Position numbers and translations under genes: made by a program. A DNA stretch of 64,000 bases from an uncultured cyanobacterium (GTDB taxonomy: Bacteria; Cyanobacteriota; Cyanobacteriia; Cyanobacteriales; CAWCAG01). Below the pieces are notes generated by a model, which was given only the letters and a program-made list of their open reading frames with translations, had not been told where the DNA came from and did no database searches. Shown here in pieces: positions 61,361-64,000 of this stretch. The stretch lies in contig CAWCAG010000007.1 in assembly GCA_963793425.1 (NCBI GenBank), forward strand, positions 768,001 to 832,000. Reading direction: 5' to 3'. How positions within the stretch are numbered: position 1 is the stretch's first letter; each line of letters begins with the position of its first letter.

Positions 61361-62694
61361 ACTATTTCTTGGCAATGAATGCGTATTTGTTGTAAACGCT
61401 GATCCTCAGCAGAAACTACTGTAAAACTAAGATAGCCGTAGTGCAGGGTTTCTCCTGGGGAAGGAATCTTTTGGAATTGATAAAGCAAAAAGCCCCCTAA
61501 AGTTTGGTAATCGTCGGCAAGAGGTAAATCAAGTGCCAAAATCTCATTCACTTCTTCTACATCCATTTGCGCTTCCACAATGAAAGTTTGGTCGTTGAGA
61601 ATTTGTACGGCAACTTCTTCAGAATTGGGCAATTCATTATCATCGCCGATGATTTCAGAAATTAAGTCTGTAAAAGTGATTAACCCTGCTGTACCACCAA
61701 ATTCATCCACTACCATAACCATTTCTGAGCGCGATCGCTGCATGAGAGGCAGCAATTCACTTAAAGGAGTAAGCTCTTGAACGAAGCGAACAGGTTTAAT
61801 CCAAGATTGCAGAGAAGATTCCTTCGTTAATATTCCTTGGGCTAAGGGTTTGGCTAATACTTTAAAATCAACCATACCGCGTATATCATCAAGGGATTCC
61901 CCTGTTACAGGATAGCGAGAATGGTTGGTGTCAGCTACTTCCTGAAGTAAGGTTGCGAAAGTAGCTGTACTAGGAATGGATACCAAACTAGTACGAGGAA
62001 CCATTATTTCTCCTACTAAAACTTCACTAAATTCAAAAACGTTATTGAGTAATTCTCTTTCTTCAGCTTCTAGTCCTGTAGATTCTCTTTCTGTGGTGAT
62101 AATAAGTTGTAATTCCTCTGGAGTTACTTGCTTGTACCAGCCTTGCCCAGTATATTCGACCCCAAACAGCCTTAATAAATGGCGAGTTGATTGGTTCAAA
62201 ATCCAAATAAAGGGATTGAAAATACGAGCAATCGTTAAACTAGGAGGACCAAGTAATTTAGCTAGTTGCTCTGAGTAGAGTAGAGCCAGGGATTTAGGGC
62301 ATAATTCCCCTAGAACAATTTGTAAATAGGCTAAGAGGAAAAAAGCCCCTGCCATAGAGAGGGTATGAATAAAAAGAGGATTTAAAGGTTGGGGGACAAC
62401 GAAATACCTCAATAAACTAGCTAGAGTATTTTCGCCAATCCAACCCAGAGCTAAACTAGAAAGAGTAATACCTATTTGGGTGGTGGAAAGTAGGCGATAA
62501 ATGCTGCGCTGCAAGGATTGTACCGTTTTTGCCGGAATATCTCCCGCTTCTACTAACTGGCTGATTCGCGACCGACGCACAGAGACAATGGAAAACTCAG
62601 CAGTTACAAAAAAAGCATTAATTGCGATTAGTAACAAGACTGATAATATGCGCCAAAGAATGTCTCTACCAGTGAGTTGAGGCGAAGTACCCAT
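61357..62694 (-). CDS. Hemolysin family / CNNM (DUF21-CBS-CorC) transporter
   Basis: NAFFVTAEFSIV, QIGITL.SL.LGW.GE, GELCPKS, EIMVPR, HSRYPV, VDEFGGTAG, YQTLGG. Confidence 0.92.
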   Translation of the reverse strand: MGTSPQLTGRDILWRILSVLLLIAINAFFVTAEFSIVSVRRSRISQLVEAGDIPAKTVQSLQRSIYRLLSTTQIGITLSSLALGWIGENTLASLLRYFVVPQPLNPLFIHTLSMAGAFFLLAYLQIVLGELCPKSLALLYSEQLAKLLGPPSLTIARIFNPFIWILNQSTRHLLRLFGVEYTGQGWYKQVTPEELQLIITTERESTGLEAEERELLNNVFEFSEVLVGEIMVPRTSLVSIPSTATFATLLQEVADTNHSRYPVTGESLDDIRGMVDFKVLAKPLAQGILTKESSLQSWIKPVRFVQELTPLSELLPLMQRSRSEMVMVVDEFGGTAGLITFTDLISEIIGDDNELPNSEEVAVQILNDQTFIVEAQMDVEEVNEILALDLPLADDYQTLGGFLLYQFQKIPSPGETLHYGYLSFTVVSAEDQRLQQIRIHCQEIV

Positions 62695-62757
62695 GGTGAA
62701 GAAAATTAGGTTAAGGGCAACCATGCACAAAATTAATGGCCAGTGTAAATTTTGTTT

Positions 62758-63456
62758 CTACCTCACAACAGGGATATTAGCCAGACTTAATTGCAGTTTT
62801 TGGTCAGGATAATCAGTTAGGGTTAAAGAGATGTTTTTGGCATCTTCTAACAAAGCAGTAGGAATCCTAACTTTACCAGAAAATTCTCGACCGTTAGAGG
62901 GGAGTTCCCCTGGTAAACCCTCTGTAATAGCGCTGAGGGCGCGTCCTTGTTCGTCTTTAACATCCAAGAAACTATAAAGAAATCTGACTTCTTGAGAGCC
63001 TTGATTTTTCATGTTTACATCTAGCAACAAAGAGCCTCCTTGTTGGCTAGCACCAACTACTTCTAAGGTTACGCCTTGATCTTGGCTTATGATCGGAAAA
63101 TTTCCTGCAACAGCGCTTTCTTTTTCTTTTGCTTTTTCCTCGGCCTCTTTTTGCTCTTCTAAATTCTTAGTGTCATCTTCTTTTTTCTCTTCTAGCTCTG
63201 AGACGGTACTAGTGCTATCAATTTTTTCGGAAACCTGAGCTAAAACAGTTTGCTCACTCAGCATTTTGACACCTTCACTCCCTGAAGAAGAAGTTTTGTC
63301 TTCAGCTAATTTTTTGGTGGGGCTAACATCGGGCTGGGTTACACCTTTTAAGGCTCCGTATCCTAAAGTATATCCCCATAAAGCGCTAACAGTTCCCGCA
63401 CCTAACATTGTTGCCAAGAGGATCAAAGTAAGGGCTACAGTTGAGTTCAGTTTCAT
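62758..63456 (-). CDS. Conserved cyanobacterial membrane-anchored hypothetical protein
   Basis: N-terminal TM; ALKGVTQPD, VRFLYSFL, LTDYPDQ..QL...IPV. Confidence 0.7.
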   Translation of the reverse strand: MKLNSTVALTLILLATMLGAGTVSALWGYTLGYGALKGVTQPDVSPTKKLAEDKTSSSGSEGVKMLSEQTVLAQVSEKIDSTSTVSELEEKKEDDTKNLEEQKEAEEKAKEKESAVAGNFPIISQDQGVTLEVVGASQQGGSLLLDVNMKNQGSQEVRFLYSFLDVKDEQGRALSAITEGLPGELPSNGREFSGKVRIPTALLEDAKNISLTLTDYPDQKLQLSLANIPVVR

Positions 63457-63643
63457 AGAAGTTTAGCTAGAAAAACCATAAGCTTTCGCTATTTTGCCAG
63501 ACGGCAGATGGCGAAAAGAGCAACAGTACACTCAATCATACACAATAAAAACTATTTTCTTGCTGAATTGAATATAGATTACTTAAATTATTATTCGACT
63601 GTTCGGGGAGGGGACAGGATATAATAGTAATCTAAAAAATTAA

Positions 63644-63716
63644 CCAGGGTTGGCCGAGCGGTTGAGGCAGCGAACTCATAATTCGCCCTAGGCAGGTTCA
63701 ACTCCTGCACCCTGGA
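63644..63716 (+). tRNA. tRNA with CAU anticodon, most likely tRNA-Ile2 (lysidine)
   Basis: CCAGGGTTGGCCGAGCGGTTGAGGCAGCGAACTCATAATTCGCCCTAGGCAGGTTCAACTCCTGCACCCTGGA; paired 1:72 and no GGG/CCC anticodon stem, so not the initiator. Confidence 0.85.
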
Positions 63717-63741
63717 TTTTTACTTTGTTAAAAAAATTAAG

Positions 63742-63775
63742 TTTTTCTGGTAGAAACTAACTTCTACCAGAAAAA
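63742..63775. terminator. Bidirectional intrinsic terminator
   Basis: TTTTTCTGGTAGAA-actaac-TTCTACCAGAAAAA. Confidence 0.8.
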
Positions 63776-63811
63776 AACTCAGCTAACCTGACCTCAAATG
63801 CTGGTTGAAAA

Positions 63812-64000
63812 TCATTCAAAAGGTTGTCTTTCAAAAATGAACTCACCACCGCTAGGAACAATTGTGGTAGGGCGGTAAGCAGGGCTACTGTATAGGGATG
63901 AGTTATAAGGATTAGTTAAGTCTGGAGTGCGAATAATTGGGCCACTGGAAACTTGTTCTTCCAAGGTATAGAGGTAAAGATTGTGAACTCGGTTTAAGTC
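63812..64000 (-). CDS. 3' end of a hypothetical protein (runs off the window)
   Basis: Open frame ..IIRTPDLTNPYNSSL..FERQPFE*. Confidence 0.6.
   Translation of the reverse strand, partial: DLNRVHNLYLYTLEEQVSSGPIIRTPDLTNPYNSSLYSSPAYRPTTIVPSGGEFIFERQPFE

Noticed and set aside
63644..63716. Calling this tRNA initiator tRNA-fMet
   Set aside because: It lacks the C1:A72 mismatch and the three G-C pairs in the anticodon stem

Overview
AT-rich cyanobacterial chromosome segment: the HIP1 octamer GCGATCGC occurs roughly 40 times by eye, and ntcA, nrrA/rre37 and crtD are present. Most of the window is housekeeping genes (plsC, sodC, yajQ, cobT, aroA, an RND pump, cystine lyase, PiT, hisB, fabI, ntcA, queC) plus three tRNAs (His-GUG, Val-GAC, CAU probably Ile2). 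Accessory parts: (1) a predicted exported operon of a filamentous-haemagglutinin-like protein, a TPR-CHAT protease and a DUF928 protein carrying five tandem 22-aa GGxSR(G) repeats; (2) a truncated choice-of-anchor A gene; (3) an osmotic/oxidative stress cluster; (4) an ORF-less IS200/IS605 derivative just downstream of tRNA-His; (5) a frameshifted beta-propeller and PEP-CTERM block; (6) a tnpB-only IS605-family element split by a TGA-ATG junction and carrying two related 51-nt GC-rich in-frame insertions with a covarying stem. There are also several MITE, REP-like and heptamer repeats. At least six single-base indels in short homopolymers may be long-read assembly errors. No CRISPR array or rRNA was seen. 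All family calls come from motif recognition by eye; no database search was run.
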